Shown here one piece after another: positions 1 to 9,247 of a stretch of DNA of 64,000 nucleotides. This DNA comes from Candidatus Marinamargulisbacteria bacterium. Its GTDB lineage: Bacteria; Margulisbacteria; Marinamargulisbacteria; UBA817. Each line of letters opens with the position of its first letter. Within the stretch, counting starts at the first letter, position 1. The position numbers and the translations under genes are program-made. Location: contig JBMHDV010000020.1 in NCBI GenBank assembly GCA_049889215.1, positions 77,279-141,278 on the forward strand. The letters run 5' to 3'. Below the pieces are notes generated by a model that saw nothing but the letters and a program-made list of their open reading frames with translations, was not told the DNA's origin and searched no databases.

Positions 1-509
1 ACACGTTTACCACCCAAGGAGATTTTAACACCTCGACGAGCTTCAACGTCGGATAACTTCTTTAACTTTTTCAATCCTTCTAAAGCTGCTTTAGCCATAT
101 TTAATGAATTGTTAGAACCAATAGATTTAGCAACAATATTTTCGATACCTAATGATTCTAAAAGAATTCGAATAGAACCACCTGCAATTACACCAGTTCC
201 TTCTGGAGCAGGACGTAAAACAACTTTTGAAGCTTTGTATTCTCCAACTATACGATGAGGTATGGTGCCATTTACAACGTTAATATCAAACATTTGCTTT
301 TTTGCTTTATCTATACTTCTACGAATTGCTAATGGAACTTCTTTTGATTTAGCTGTTGCTAAACCAACACTTCCCTTTTGATCACCAACAATAACAAATG
401 CTCTAAAGGCCAGTTTCTTACCACCTTTATTTACTTTTGTTACTCGATTAACCTTTATAAGTTTTTCGAAAAGTTTTTCTTGATTATCTTCATGTGCATT
501 ATATGACAT
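1..509 (-). CDS. rpsE: 30S ribosomal protein S5 (3' end runs off the window edge)
   Basis: Manual translation of the minus strand from ATG at 509 gives MSYNAHEDNQEKLFEKLIKVNRVTKVNKGGKKLAFRAFVIVGDQKGSVGLATAKSK..., a clear S5. A GGAG is upstream and it sits downstream of rplR in spc-operon order. Confidence 0.85.
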   Translation of the reverse strand, partial: MSYNAHEDNQEKLFEKLIKVNRVTKVNKGGKKLAFRAFVIVGDQKGSVGLATAKSKEVPLAIRRSIDKAKKQMFDINVVNGTIPHRIVGEYKASKVVLRPAPEGTGVIAGGSIRILLESLGIENIVAKSIGSNNSLNMAKAALEGLKKLKKLSDVEARRGVKISLGGKR

Positions 510-511
510 TT

Positions 512-793
512 TTAAAACTCCAACCCAGCTTCTCGAGCTCCTTTAGCTAAAGATTCAACTCGACCATGATAAATATTACCATTACGGTCAAAACGAATAG
601 ATTTAACTTTTAGCTCTTTTGCCTTTTTACCAATTTCCTCACCAACTTTATAAGAATTCTCAACATTAGCTTGATTAAACTTTAAAGATAGTGTTGAAGA
701 TTCAGCAATAACGTTATTATTTTCATCAATAAGCATTGCATAAAGGTGCTTTAAGGTTTTATTTACTTTAAGTGTATGTATTGCTTTTGTCAT
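512..793 (-). CDS. rplR: 50S ribosomal protein L18
   Basis: C-terminal RFDRNGNIYHGRVESLAKGAREAGLEF matches L18. I chose ATG at 793, which has a GAAAGAAGG SD and sits 1 nt after the rplF stop. The six-frame ORF extends to a TTG at 931, so the N-terminus is uncertain. Confidence 0.8.
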   Translation of the reverse strand: MTKAIHTLKVNKTLKHLYAMLIDENNNVIAESSTLSLKFNQANVENSYKVGEEIGKKAKELKVKSIRFDRNGNIYHGRVESLAKGAREAGLEF

Positions 794-794
794 G

Positions 795-1319
795 TTACTT
801 AACCTTCTTTCCAACCTTTTTAATAATTCTATCTTGTATACGTTTAATACCCTTCTCTTTGTAAGGATCCTTTTTTGCAGGTCGTAATTTAATAATTTCC
901 GCACAAGCTTGACCAACAAGTTGCTTATCAATGCCTGAAATTTTAATTTCAGTTGGATTCACAACCTCAGCCTTTATACCTTCTGGTAAATCAAAAGAAA
1001 CAGGATGTGAATAACCTAAGTTAAAGTTTAGTGTAGAACCTGATAAAGCAGCTCTATAACCAACTCCCTTTAAGGTTAATGTTTCACTGTAACCATTAGT
1101 TACGCCTTCAACCAAATTTTTAATTAATGCACAATGTAAACCTAAAATAGCTTTATTTTCACATTGAACTTCAATTGAATTATCTTCAACTTTTAAAGAA
1201 ACATTATTTTTGATGGTTAGTGTTAACTCACCTAATTTACCCTTGATCTTCAACTCATTTTTATCATATGTTACATCAAGAGAATCAGTTTTTATTGGTT
1301 TACGAGCTAATTTACTCAT
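795..1319 (-). CDS. rplF: 50S ribosomal protein L6
   Basis: MSKLARKPIK...GVGYRA... aligns with L6. ATG at 1319 follows a GGGGAGG SD located inside the rpsH 3' end; the ORF-track start at 1352 is probably too long. Confidence 0.9.
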   Translation of the reverse strand: MSKLARKPIKTDSLDVTYDKNELKIKGKLGELTLTIKNNVSLKVEDNSIEVQCENKAILGLHCALIKNLVEGVTNGYSETLTLKGVGYRAALSGSTLNFNLGYSHPVSFDLPEGIKAEVVNPTEIKISGIDKQLVGQACAEIIKLRPAKKDPYKEKGIKRIQDRIIKKVGKKVK

Positions 1320-1320
1320 T

Positions 1321-1722
1321 TTAGAAAACCTCCCCGATAACTTCACCGCCAATATTTTTTAAACGAGCTTCTTTACCAGATAAAATACCTTGTGATGTTG
1401 ATAAAATTAATGTACCAAAACCGTTGAGTACTTTATATATATCCTTCTTTTTAGTATAAATTCGTTTAGAAGGCTTTGAAACACGACGAATACTTTCAAT
1501 TAATGGCTGGCCTTGTTCATCATATTTTAATGAAATTTTTAACTGACGTTTGTTGATGTCAGTATTCACAATTTCATAACCATTAATATAACCTTCATTA
1601 GCTAATATTTTAGCTATCTCACACTTAACATTTGAATATTGAAATGATACAGAATCAAATGAAACGATTTGAGCGTTTCTAATTCTTGTAAACATATCTG
1701 CAATTGGATCTATAACTGTCAT
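1321..1722 (-). CDS. rpsH: 30S ribosomal protein S8
   Basis: MTVIDPIADMFTRIRNAQ... is a canonical S8 N-terminus, and length and operon position fit. Confidence 0.93.
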   Translation of the reverse strand: MTVIDPIADMFTRIRNAQIVSFDSVSFQYSNVKCEIAKILANEGYINGYEIVNTDINKRQLKISLKYDEQGQPLIESIRRVSKPSKRIYTKKKDIYKVLNGFGTLILSTSQGILSGKEARLKNIGGEVIGEVF

Positions 1723-1735
1723 AGTTTAACTCTCC

Positions 1736-1915
1736 TTACCAAGATGATTTTGTAACACCAGGTAATTTAGCTGATGTAGCTAAATTTCTGAAACAAATCC
1801 GACATATACCGAAAAAACGAATATAGCCTCTTGGTCGACCACACAGATTACATCGATTACGATGCTGTGCACCAGATTTCTTTTTATTCTTTTCTACCAT
1901 TGCTTTTTTAGCCAT
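1736..1915 (-). CDS. rpsZ: 30S ribosomal protein S14 type Z (zinc-binding); the 59-aa ORF is below the ORF-track cutoff
   Basis: Manual translation gives [59 protein letters not shown] with two CxxC pairs. An AAGGAG SD is upstream and it lies between rplE and rpsH as expected. Confidence 0.85.
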   Translation of the reverse strand: MAKKAMVEKNKKKSGAQHRNRCNLCGRPRGYIRFFGICRICFRNLATSAKLPGVTKSSW

Positions 1916-1927
1916 ATGTAGTTCTCC

Positions 1928-2461
1928 TTAACCTTTAAATGGAAGTCCAAGACATTCCAAGAAATATAACAATTCTTCTTTAGAGGAGGATGTTGTACAG
2001 ATTGTAATATCCATACCTCTTAATTTATCTAACTCAGTATTTGATTCAGGAAAAATAGAATCATCTTTAATTCCAAATGAAAAATTTCCGAATTTGTCAC
2101 ATCCTTTTTTACTAATACCTCTAAAATCTCTAATTTTGGGCAATGATAAGTAAAATAAGTTATTTAAAAAGTTGTACATTTTTTGTGATCTTAATGTAAC
2201 TTTACAACCAACTATTTGACCTTCACGTAATTTAAAATTTGAAATTGATTTTTTTGCTTTTGTAAAAATCGGTTTTTGACCGGAGATCGCGTAAAATAAC
2301 TCAAACGTTTTTTCTAAAACGGCTGAGTTAGTTAATGCTTCACCTAAACCACGATGTAAAACAATTTTTTCAATCTTAGGAACTTGATGAGGATTTTTAT
2401 AGTTAAATTTCTCTGATAATTTGCTTTCTGCTTGCTTAATTACTTCTTTGATATCTTTCAT
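1928..2461 (-). CDS. rplE: 50S ribosomal protein L5
   Basis: Full-length similarity to L5 (QVPKIEKIVL...ISGQKP...GCKVTLR...IRDFRG). Confidence 0.93.
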   Translation of the reverse strand: MKDIKEVIKQAESKLSEKFNYKNPHQVPKIEKIVLHRGLGEALTNSAVLEKTFELFYAISGQKPIFTKAKKSISNFKLREGQIVGCKVTLRSQKMYNFLNNLFYLSLPKIRDFRGISKKGCDKFGNFSFGIKDDSIFPESNTELDKLRGMDITICTTSSSKEELLYFLECLGLPFKG

Positions 2462-2470
2462 AATAATTCC

Positions 2471-2782
2471 TTAAAATGTTTCACCAGAAACTTTGGCAAC
2501 ACGTTTTTTCTTACCATCCTTTAAAACTTTGAAACCAACTTTAGTTGGCACCTTTTTAACAGGACAGATGACTGCAACATTAGAAATATCAATGGGTCCA
2601 GGAAATTCAACGATTCCTCCGTCACCTTTATCAGTTTTTTTCCGATGTTTCTTAAGAATGTTAATACCATCAACTGTAAGTTTTCCAGCTTTAATATCAA
2701 CAGATAAAACTTTACCTTTTTTCCCTTTATCTTTCCCAGTTAAAACTTGAACTTCATCATCTTTTTTAATTTTATTTGCCAT
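2471..2782 (-). CDS. rplX: 50S ribosomal protein L24
   Basis: KIKKDDEVQVLTGKDKGKKGKVL KOW-type motif; operon position fits. Confidence 0.92.
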   Translation of the reverse strand: MANKIKKDDEVQVLTGKDKGKKGKVLSVDIKAGKLTVDGINILKKHRKKTDKGDGGIVEFPGPIDISNVAVICPVKKVPTKVGFKVLKDGKKKRVAKVSGETF

Positions 2783-2791
2783 AATAAATCC

Positions 2792-3160
2792 TTAAATTAC
2801 TTCCTTAGCAAGAGAAATAATCTTCATGAAGTTTTTTTCTCGAAGTTCTCTTGGTATTGGTCCAAATATCCGAGTACCTTTTGGATTACCATCATTATTA
2901 ATGATGACAGCAGCATTATCATCAAAACTGATAACCGTTCCATCATTACGTCGCTTTTTACGTTTAGTACGAACGACAACAGCTTTAACTATTTCTGATT
3001 TTTTTACGTTACCTGTAACATTAGCCTTTTTTACTGTAGCTATAATTGTATCGCCTAAAGAAGCATAACGCTTACCAGTACTCCCACAAACTCGGATACA
3101 AAGTATTTCTTTTGCGCCAGAGTTATCAGTAACGCTTAACATTGATTCTTGTTGTATCAT
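2792..3160 (-). CDS. rplN: 50S ribosomal protein L14
   Basis: [18 protein letters not shown]... is a canonical L14. Confidence 0.95.
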   Translation of the reverse strand: MIQQESMLSVTDNSGAKEILCIRVCGSTGKRYASLGDTIIATVKKANVTGNVKKSEIVKAVVVRTKRKKRRNDGTVISFDDNAAVIINNDGNPKGTRIFGPIPRELREKNFMKIISLAKEVI

Positions 3161-3400
3161 TTAATTATCCTCTACAATTCGCCATCGTTTTTTGGCACTT
3201 AATGGACGACAAGATACAAATGTTACATGATCTCCAACATTTGCTCCATTTGTTTCATCATGTACTAGAGCTGACCAAGTTACATTAACTACCTTTTTAT
3301 AAAAGGGATGACGTTTTCTTGTCTTAACAGAAACTTTAACAGTTTTATCGCCTGACTTGGAAACGACAATTCCTCGTTTCTTTTGCAAAGACTTACTCAT
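3161..3400 (-). CDS. rpsQ: 30S ribosomal protein S17
   Basis: 79-aa OB-fold S17-like protein in the expected position. Confidence 0.9.
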   Translation of the reverse strand: MSKSLQKKRGIVVSKSGDKTVKVSVKTRKRHPFYKKVVNVTWSALVHDETNGANVGDHVTFVSCRPLSAKKRWRIVEDN

Positions 3401-3587
3401 GATTATTCCTTTCGTTTAATACTGTATTAATACGAGCAGTATCTTTTCTTAATTTATTTAACAACGATGTGTTTTTTTCTGAATTATTAAGAATAGCAAG
3501 TTTTTTGTCAAGATATTCAGCCTTTAATTCATCTCGTTTAGTAACCAACTCATCATCTTTTAATTTTCTTATATCAGTTATATTCAT
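3393..3587 (-). CDS. rpmC: 50S ribosomal protein L29
   Basis: [25 protein letters not shown]... matches L29. ATG at 3587 overlaps the rplP stop as TAATG; the ORF-track GTG at 3599 is probably too long. Confidence 0.85.
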   Translation of the reverse strand: MNITDIRKLKDDELVTKRDELKAEYLDKKLAILNNSEKNTSLLNKLRKDTARINTVLNERNNHE

Positions 3588-4006
3588 TAGATTTCCCACA
3601 CTTCCTTTTTAAGGAACTTAGTTTTGATTGGCAATTTATGAGCAGCTAATCGTAATGCTTCTCTTGCAACTTCTTCTGGAACACCACTAAGCTCAAATAA
3701 AACATGGCCTGGCTTTACTACTGCAACCCAATATTCGGGAGCACCTTTACCTTTACCCATACGTGTTTCTGCAGGTATCTTTGTAACACTTTTATCAGGA
3801 AAAACTCTAATCCATACTTTACCGCCACGTTTAATATAACGAGTCATTGCTCGACGTGCTGCCTCAATTTGTCTCTGAGTCATCCAACAAGCTTCAAGTG
3901 CTAAAAGACCATAATCACCAAAAGAAATTGTATTACCAGATTGTGCTTTACCTCGATTACGTCCACGTTGAAACTTACGATACTTGGTTTTTTTAGGCAT
4001 TAACAT
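3587..4006 (-). CDS. rplP: 50S ribosomal protein L16
   Basis: [21 protein letters not shown]... is a canonical L16. Confidence 0.95.
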   Translation of the reverse strand: MLMPKKTKYRKFQRGRNRGKAQSGNTISFGDYGLLALEACWMTQRQIEAARRAMTRYIKRGGKVWIRVFPDKSVTKIPAETRMGKGKGAPEYWVAVVKPGHVLFELSGVPEEVAREALRLAAHKLPIKTKFLKKEVWEI

Positions 4007-4688
4007 ATTCTTTATCCTTTACACCTTCTGAAACAGAAGCATCAACTTTCTTTTTTTTATCAGCAATAACTTCACCATTATTAATCCAAACCTTAACACC
4101 AATTTTTCCATAAATAGTGTTAGCCTCAGTAAAATAATAATCAATTTTTGCACGAATAGTGTGAAGGGGCATACGACCTTTTTGATACCATTCACTCCGA
4201 GCGATTTCAACTCCACCTAAACGACCAGAACATTTAACTTGAACACCTTCAGCTCCAGCTTTTAATGCTGATTGAACAACCATTTTCATGGCACGTCTAA
4301 ATGGAATTCGTTTTTCTAATTGTACAGCAATTAATTCTGATAAAAGTTTAGCACTTTTATCAGGAGATTTTTCTTCGATAACATTAACAATAAATTGCTT
4401 TCCAAACTTTTTTCCAATAGATTCACGAAAACGATTAATTGATTCACCAGCTTTACCTAAAATAACCCCAGGTTTAGAAGTATGAATATCTACAAATACT
4501 TTATCGCTACCTTTTCTTCGAATAATCGACTTTGAAATAAATGAGCGCTTAAGATTTTGTTCAATGAAATCTCTAATTTCAACATCTTCAACTAAGTTTT
4601 TACCGTAGTTTTCTAATGAAAACCAATTGTTTACAAATTCTTGTACGCCTTTAAGACGTAACGCTCTAGGATTAACCTTTTGACCCAT
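3993..4688 (-). CDS. rpsC: 30S ribosomal protein S3
   Basis: [14 protein letters not shown]... with KH and S3-C regions. Confidence 0.95.
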   Translation of the reverse strand: MGQKVNPRALRLKGVQEFVNNWFSLENYGKNLVEDVEIRDFIEQNLKRSFISKSIIRRKGSDKVFVDIHTSKPGVILGKAGESINRFRESIGKKFGKQFIVNVIEEKSPDKSAKLLSELIAVQLEKRIPFRRAMKMVVQSALKAGAEGVQVKCSGRLGGVEIARSEWYQKGRMPLHTIRAKIDYYFTEANTIYGKIGVKVWINNGEVIADKKKKVDASVSEGVKDKEYVNA

Positions 4689-5061
4689 TAATCTCTCCTT
4701 GATTTATTAAAGATAACTCGACATGAGAATATGGTTTAGTAATACCAAAAATACGACCACGTGCTCTTGGTTGATGGCGTTTTAATTTTGGGCCTTCATT
4801 TACAACTAAACGATCGACACTAAGTACAGATTCATCAAGCTGATTATTATTTATTGCATTTGCAATACAAGACTTAAATAATTTAAAAAGTATACCTGCA
4901 GATTTTTGAGGCATTAAACGTAATTTAGCTACAGCATCAAGTGCAGTTAGATTACGAACTTCATCAGCTACTTTTCGTAACTTATATGGAGATACTCTTA
5001 CATATTTTAAATTTGCTTTAACAATAACCTTTTCTTTTACTATATTTTTTTTCTTAGCCAT
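4672..5061 (-). CDS. rplV: 50S ribosomal protein L22
   Basis: L22-like sequence (YVRVSPYKLRKVADEVR...) between rpsS and rpsC. Confidence 0.9.
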   Translation of the reverse strand: MAKKKNIVKEKVIVKANLKYVRVSPYKLRKVADEVRNLTALDAVAKLRLMPQKSAGILFKLFKSCIANAINNNQLDESVLSVDRLVVNEGPKLKRHQPRARGRIFGITKPYSHVELSLINQGEINGSKG

Positions 5062-5066
5062 AATAT

Positions 5067-5330
5067 TTACCTATTCCCCGGGTGAGATTTAAACAATCTT
5101 GTAAAACTAAATTCACCAAGCTTGTGGCCTATCATGTTTTCACTAATATATACAGGTATATGTTTTCGACCATTATAGACAGCAATTGTATGCCCTATCA
5201 TGCTAGGAACAATTGTACTTCGCCTTGACCAGGTTTTAATTAATTTTTTTTCGTTCTTTTCATTCATTTCATCAATCTTCTTTATAAGATGATCATCAAC
5301 AAAAGGACCTTTTTTTAATGAACGTGCCAT
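5067..5330 (-). CDS. rpsS: 30S ribosomal protein S19
   Basis: [19 protein letters not shown]... is a canonical S19. Confidence 0.95.
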   Translation of the reverse strand: MARSLKKGPFVDDHLIKKIDEMNEKNEKKLIKTWSRRSTIVPSMIGHTIAVYNGRKHIPVYISENMIGHKLGEFSFTRLFKSHPGNR

Positions 5331-5332
5331 AC

Positions 5333-6154
5333 CTATTTCTTCCTCGCTCTCACAATATGCTTGCTTCTTTTACGTTTAGATCTTGTTTTAATATTCGCCT
5401 TTTTACCATAAGCGGTGCGAGGTTCAGCTAAACCTACAGGAGCTCTTCCTTCACCACCACCGTGTTTGTGATCTGCAGCATTCATAACAGCACCACGGAC
5501 AGTTGGGCGAATATTTCTTTTACGCTTAATTCCAGCTTTACCATCTCGTTTGTTTGCAAAACCTTCATTTGCTAAACGGCCATAAGTAGCAATGCATTCT
5601 AACAATACTAAACGTATCTCACCAGATGGAAGTTTTATTGTTGCATGACGACTTGACTTAGCCATTAAAGTAGCAGATGCTCCAGCTGATCTAACTAATT
5701 GAGCGCCCTTGCCTGGCGATAGTTCAATGTTATGAATAAGAGAACCAACCGGAATTTTAGATAATGGCATAGATGCACCCAAATTAATCTCTGCATTAGC
5801 ACCATCCTCAATAATATCACCAACTTGAATTCCCTTAGGAGCTAAAATATATCGTCGATCACCATTCATATACTTTACTAAGCATATTAATGCTGATCGA
5901 TTTGGATCATACTCAATAGATTCAACAAAACCTTTTGCTGTACTGTTACGTTTAAAATCAATTGAACGAAATTTACGCTTAACACCACCGCCTTGATGAC
6001 GAACGGTAATATTACCATAATTATTTCTACCTGATTTCTTTTGTTTTGCAGATGTTAGCGACTTATGAGGCTTGTTAACTGTAACCTCATCGTATTGTAT
6101 AGTTGTTTTATTTCTCATACCTGGGGTGGTAGGATTGTGTTTCTTTGTAGCCAT
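5333..6154 (-). CDS. rplB: 50S ribosomal protein L2
   Basis: 273 aa with L2 signature regions ([16 protein letters not shown]..., HKHGGGEGR). Confidence 0.95.
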   Translation of the reverse strand: MATKKHNPTTPGMRNKTTIQYDEVTVNKPHKSLTSAKQKKSGRNNYGNITVRHQGGGVKRKFRSIDFKRNSTAKGFVESIEYDPNRSALICLVKYMNGDRRYILAPKGIQVGDIIEDGANAEINLGASMPLSKIPVGSLIHNIELSPGKGAQLVRSAGASATLMAKSSRHATIKLPSGEIRLVLLECIATYGRLANEGFANKRDGKAGIKRKRNIRPTVRGAVMNAADHKHGGGEGRAPVGLAEPRTAYGKKANIKTRSKRKRSKHIVRARKK

Positions 6155-6420
6155 TATCCAGCCTCCTCAAGATCAGCAATGCGTTCTGACGTATAAACAT
6201 ATGCCTTCTTATAAGTTTGAGTGTAACCTAAAACTTTACCTCGTCGAACTTTTTTACCAAGCTTTTTAGCTATATTTACTTTAGTTACTTCAACATTATA
6301 CTTAGATGCAATATGTTTTTTTAACTCAATCTTATTTGCATTTTCATCAACAAGAAAAACGTAACAATTATTTTCGTTAAGAATAGCTGTCTTTTCAGTA
6401 ATTAATAAACGCTTAATCAT
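6154..6420 (-). CDS. rplW: 50S ribosomal protein L23
   Basis: MIKRLLITEKT... matches L23. ATG at 6420 is preceded by an AAGGAGAG SD; the ORF-track start at 6444 is probably too long. Confidence 0.88.
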   Translation of the reverse strand: MIKRLLITEKTAILNENNCYVFLVDENANKIELKKHIASKYNVEVTKVNIAKKLGKKVRRGKVLGYTQTYKKAYVYTSERIADLEEAG

Positions 6421-7036
6421 TGCCACTCTCCTTTTTAAAAACATTATTAAAAGACGACTCAGTATAAAACACCTCGTCCGCGCGAATTAAGTCTTCTACA
6501 TTAATTGAATTTAAATTTGAAAAATAAATATTAGGAAGATTTTTTATACGATAGAAAAATTGAATATCTGTAACGTTGTTTATATCAATAAGGAATAAAT
6601 ACGTCTTATCTTTATCAACAAATTCGCAAAAAGACTTAGCTTTTTCAACAGTATTAATTTTTGTAAATAACTTAGAACGTGAAACCTTTGAGACAAGAAT
6701 CTGCTTTAGCGTAGAGTCCTTGAACTGTTTATTCGTTTTTCTTGTAACAAATCTAGGTTTTGGACCAAAAATCACAGAACCACCCACTTTAAGCGGTGAA
6801 CGACTTGTACCTTGTCGAGCTCGTCCCGTACCCTTTTGTCGAAACGGTTTCGCACCACCTGAAGTAAAATCAGATCTAGATTTTGTAAACGAATAAACAA
6901 CACGGGTCTTTTTTTGATTGTTATTTAAAAGATAAGTATTACCCTTTAAATTATTTGATACTTTAATAGACTCAAAATTTACTTCAGAAGATTTACCATT
7001 ACTAGCATCAATTGATTGAATGGAATATTTTATCAT
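6413..7036 (-). CDS. rplD: 50S ribosomal protein L4
   Basis: GGAKPFRQKGTGRARQGTSRSPLKVGGSVIFGPKPR is a canonical L4 motif. Confidence 0.95.
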   Translation of the reverse strand: MIKYSIQSIDASNGKSSEVNFESIKVSNNLKGNTYLLNNNQKKTRVVYSFTKSRSDFTSGGAKPFRQKGTGRARQGTSRSPLKVGGSVIFGPKPRFVTRKTNKQFKDSTLKQILVSKVSRSKLFTKINTVEKAKSFCEFVDKDKTYLFLIDINNVTDIQFFYRIKNLPNIYFSNLNSINVEDLIRADEVFYTESSFNNVFKKESGND

Positions 7037-7653
7037 GAATTTTCTCCTGTAATGTAAACAACGTTCTTCTTACCAGGAACTGCGCCTTTAAAGAAAAGAA
7101 ATTCACCATCTATTTTTAATAGCTCTAGTCCTTTAATAGTAACAACTTCATTACCATATCGAGTGTGCATCTTCTTTCCTTTTTTAACACGACCTGGAGT
7201 AGTTGCTTGACCAATAGAACCAATTAAACGATGGTTTTTTGAACCATGAGACATTGGTCCTCGTTGATGATTCCATGCCTTAATAGCTCCAGTGAATCCT
7301 CGACCAATAGTTCTAGACTGTAAATCATATTTAGAATTAACTTGAAAAGTAGCTAAATCAACTTTTGAATTTAATTCAAAACTAGATGAGTCCTCAACTC
7401 TAAATTCTTTAATTTTTTTGTAACTATTTTCTGCTTTGAATTGACCAGAATCAGGCTTGTTTAACTTTTCTTTTTTACAAGACTTATAGCCAACTCTAAC
7501 AGCTGAATAGCCATCTTTCTCTTTTGTACGAATGCCAACGATTTCATTTTCATATGCCCGAATAATTGTTACTGATTGTACTTTACCAGTTTCTAAAATT
7601 AATTGGGTCATTCCAATTTTTTCGCCGACTAATATTTGTTTTTTATCTTTCAT
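7033..7653 (-). CDS. rplC: 50S ribosomal protein L3
   Basis: 206 aa L3-like protein (GMTQ..., ...FKGAVPG) in operon position. Confidence 0.93.
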   Translation of the reverse strand: MKDKKQILVGEKIGMTQLILETGKVQSVTIIRAYENEIVGIRTKEKDGYSAVRVGYKSCKKEKLNKPDSGQFKAENSYKKIKEFRVEDSSSFELNSKVDLATFQVNSKYDLQSRTIGRGFTGAIKAWNHQRGPMSHGSKNHRLIGSIGQATTPGRVKKGKKMHTRYGNEVVTIKGLELLKIDGEFLFFKGAVPGKKNVVYITGENS

Positions 7654-7665
7654 AATTTAACTCAA

Positions 7666-8028
7666 TTAAACCAATTTGATTTCAATATCAACACCAGCAG
7701 CTAAATCAATGCCCATAAGTGCATCAATTGTTGTTGAAGGGGGATCAACAATCTCAATTAAACGCTTATGTATACGAATTTCATAGTGTTCACCGCCACG
7801 TTTATTGACGTGAGGTGATTTTAATACACACCATACTTTCTTTTTTACAGGTAGTGGGATTGGACCCACTACCTTAGCACCTGATTTTTCAGCGGTATTT
7901 ACAATTTTAACAGTTGCAGTATCAAGTGAACGATGATCAAAAGATTTTAAACGAATTCTAATCTTTTGCTGTGGCTTACTTGAATTAGCTACTGCCTGCT
8001 TTTTCTTAGTTGTAGTTGTTGCTGACAC
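7666..8028 (-). CDS. rpsJ: 30S ribosomal protein S10, with a Thr/Lys-rich N-terminal extension if the GTG at 8028 is used
   Basis: [15 protein letters not shown] is the S10 core. The only in-frame start is GTG 12 nt after the tuf stop with no SD, so the start is uncertain. Confidence 0.85.
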   Translation of the reverse strand: MSATTTTKKKQAVANSSKPQQKIRIRLKSFDHRSLDTATVKIVNTAEKSGAKVVGPIPLPVKKKVWCVLKSPHVNKRGGEHYEIRIHKRLIEIVDPPSTTIDALMGIDLAAGVDIEIKLV

Positions 8029-8040
8029 AGTATATCTCGA

Positions 8041-9243
8041 TTACTCAATAATCTTTGTTACAACACCCGCACCTACGGTACGACCACCTTCACGAACAGC
8101 AAAACGTAAACCTTCTTCACAAGCAACAGAAGTTATAAGACTAATAGTTAATTTAGTGTTATCACCAGGCATAACCATCTCAGTTCCTTCAGGTAAAATA
8201 ACTTCACCTGTTACATCAGTAGTACGAATATAAAACTGAGGTCTGTAACCTTTAAAGAATGGGGTATGACGTCCACCCTCTTCTTTTTTAAGGACGTAAA
8301 CTTCAGCTTCAAACTTTTTATGAGGAGTAATAGAACCTGGAGCACAAAGTACCTGACCACGAAGAATATCTTCACGTTCTACACCACGAAGTAATGCACC
8401 AATATTATCACCAGCTTGACCTGAATCAAGTAACTTACGGAACATTTCAACACCAGTTACAGTTGTTTTCTTGACTTCGTCCATCATTCCAACAATCTCT
8501 ACCTCGTCACCTACATTAATAACACCACGTTCAACTCTACCAGTACTAACAGTCCCACGACCAGTGATACTAAATACGTCTTCAACAGGCATTAGAAATG
8601 GTTTCTCAGTTTCACGAACTGGCTCAGGAATGTATGAGTCTACAGCATCCATTAATTCCCAAATTGCCTTCGCATCAGCGTTTTCTCTAGAATGATCAGA
8701 GGATTCTAATGCTTTTAAAGCTGATCCACGTACAAATGGAATATCATCTCCTGGAAACTCATACTTACTTAAAAGCTCTCTCATTTCCATTTCAACTAAG
8801 TCCAATAACTCTTCGTCATCAACTTGATCACATTTGTTTAAGAAAACAACAATATTAGGAACGTTTACCTGACGTGCAAGTAAAATATGTTCACGTGTTT
8901 GTGGCATAGGACCATCAGCCGCACTAACAACAAGAATAGCGCCGTCCATTTGAGCAGCACCTGTAATCATATTCTTAATGTAGTCAGCGTGACCAGGACA
9001 GTCAACGTGAGCATAATGACGTCCTTCGGTTTCGTATTCAACGTGAGCAGTTGCAATTGTAATTCCACGCTCTCTTTCCTCAGGAGCTGAGTCAATCTGA
9101 GAATAATCTCTCTTTTCAGCATTTCCTGTTGATGATAGAACTGTAGTAATCGCAGCAGTTAATGTTGTTTTTCCGTGGTCAACGTGACCAATAGTACCAA
9201 CGTTAACGTGTGGTTTATTTCGTTCAAATTTTTCTTTAGCCAT
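8041..9243 (-). CDS. tuf: Elongation factor Tu
   Basis: [28 protein letters not shown]... is a canonical EF-Tu, 400 aa. Confidence 0.98.
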   Translation of the reverse strand: MAKEKFERNKPHVNVGTIGHVDHGKTTLTAAITTVLSSTGNAEKRDYSQIDSAPEERERGITIATAHVEYETEGRHYAHVDCPGHADYIKNMITGAAQMDGAILVVSAADGPMPQTREHILLARQVNVPNIVVFLNKCDQVDDEELLDLVEMEMRELLSKYEFPGDDIPFVRGSALKALESSDHSRENADAKAIWELMDAVDSYIPEPVRETEKPFLMPVEDVFSITGRGTVSTGRVERGVINVGDEVEIVGMMDEVKKTTVTGVEMFRKLLDSGQAGDNIGALLRGVEREDILRGQVLCAPGSITPHKKFEAEVYVLKKEEGGRHTPFFKGYRPQFYIRTTDVTGEVILPEGTEMVMPGDNTKLTISLITSVACEEGLRFAVREGGRTVGAGVVTKIIE

Positions 9244-9247
9244 TTAT

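Noticed and set aside
2493-3068. Plus-strand ORFs of 80-85 aa antisense to rplX and rplN.
   Set aside because: They are antisense to ribosomal protein genes, with hydrophobic low-complexity translations. Spurious.
8471-9090. Plus-strand ORFs (74 and 67 aa) inside tuf; similar antisense ORFs lie inside fusA (10116-10316), rpoC (13821-14006, 16021-16221), rpoB (17188-19062), uvrA and dnaB.
   Set aside because: They lie entirely antisense within highly conserved genes, are low-complexity, and have no SD or homolog-like sequence. They are shadow ORFs typical of AT-rich DNA.
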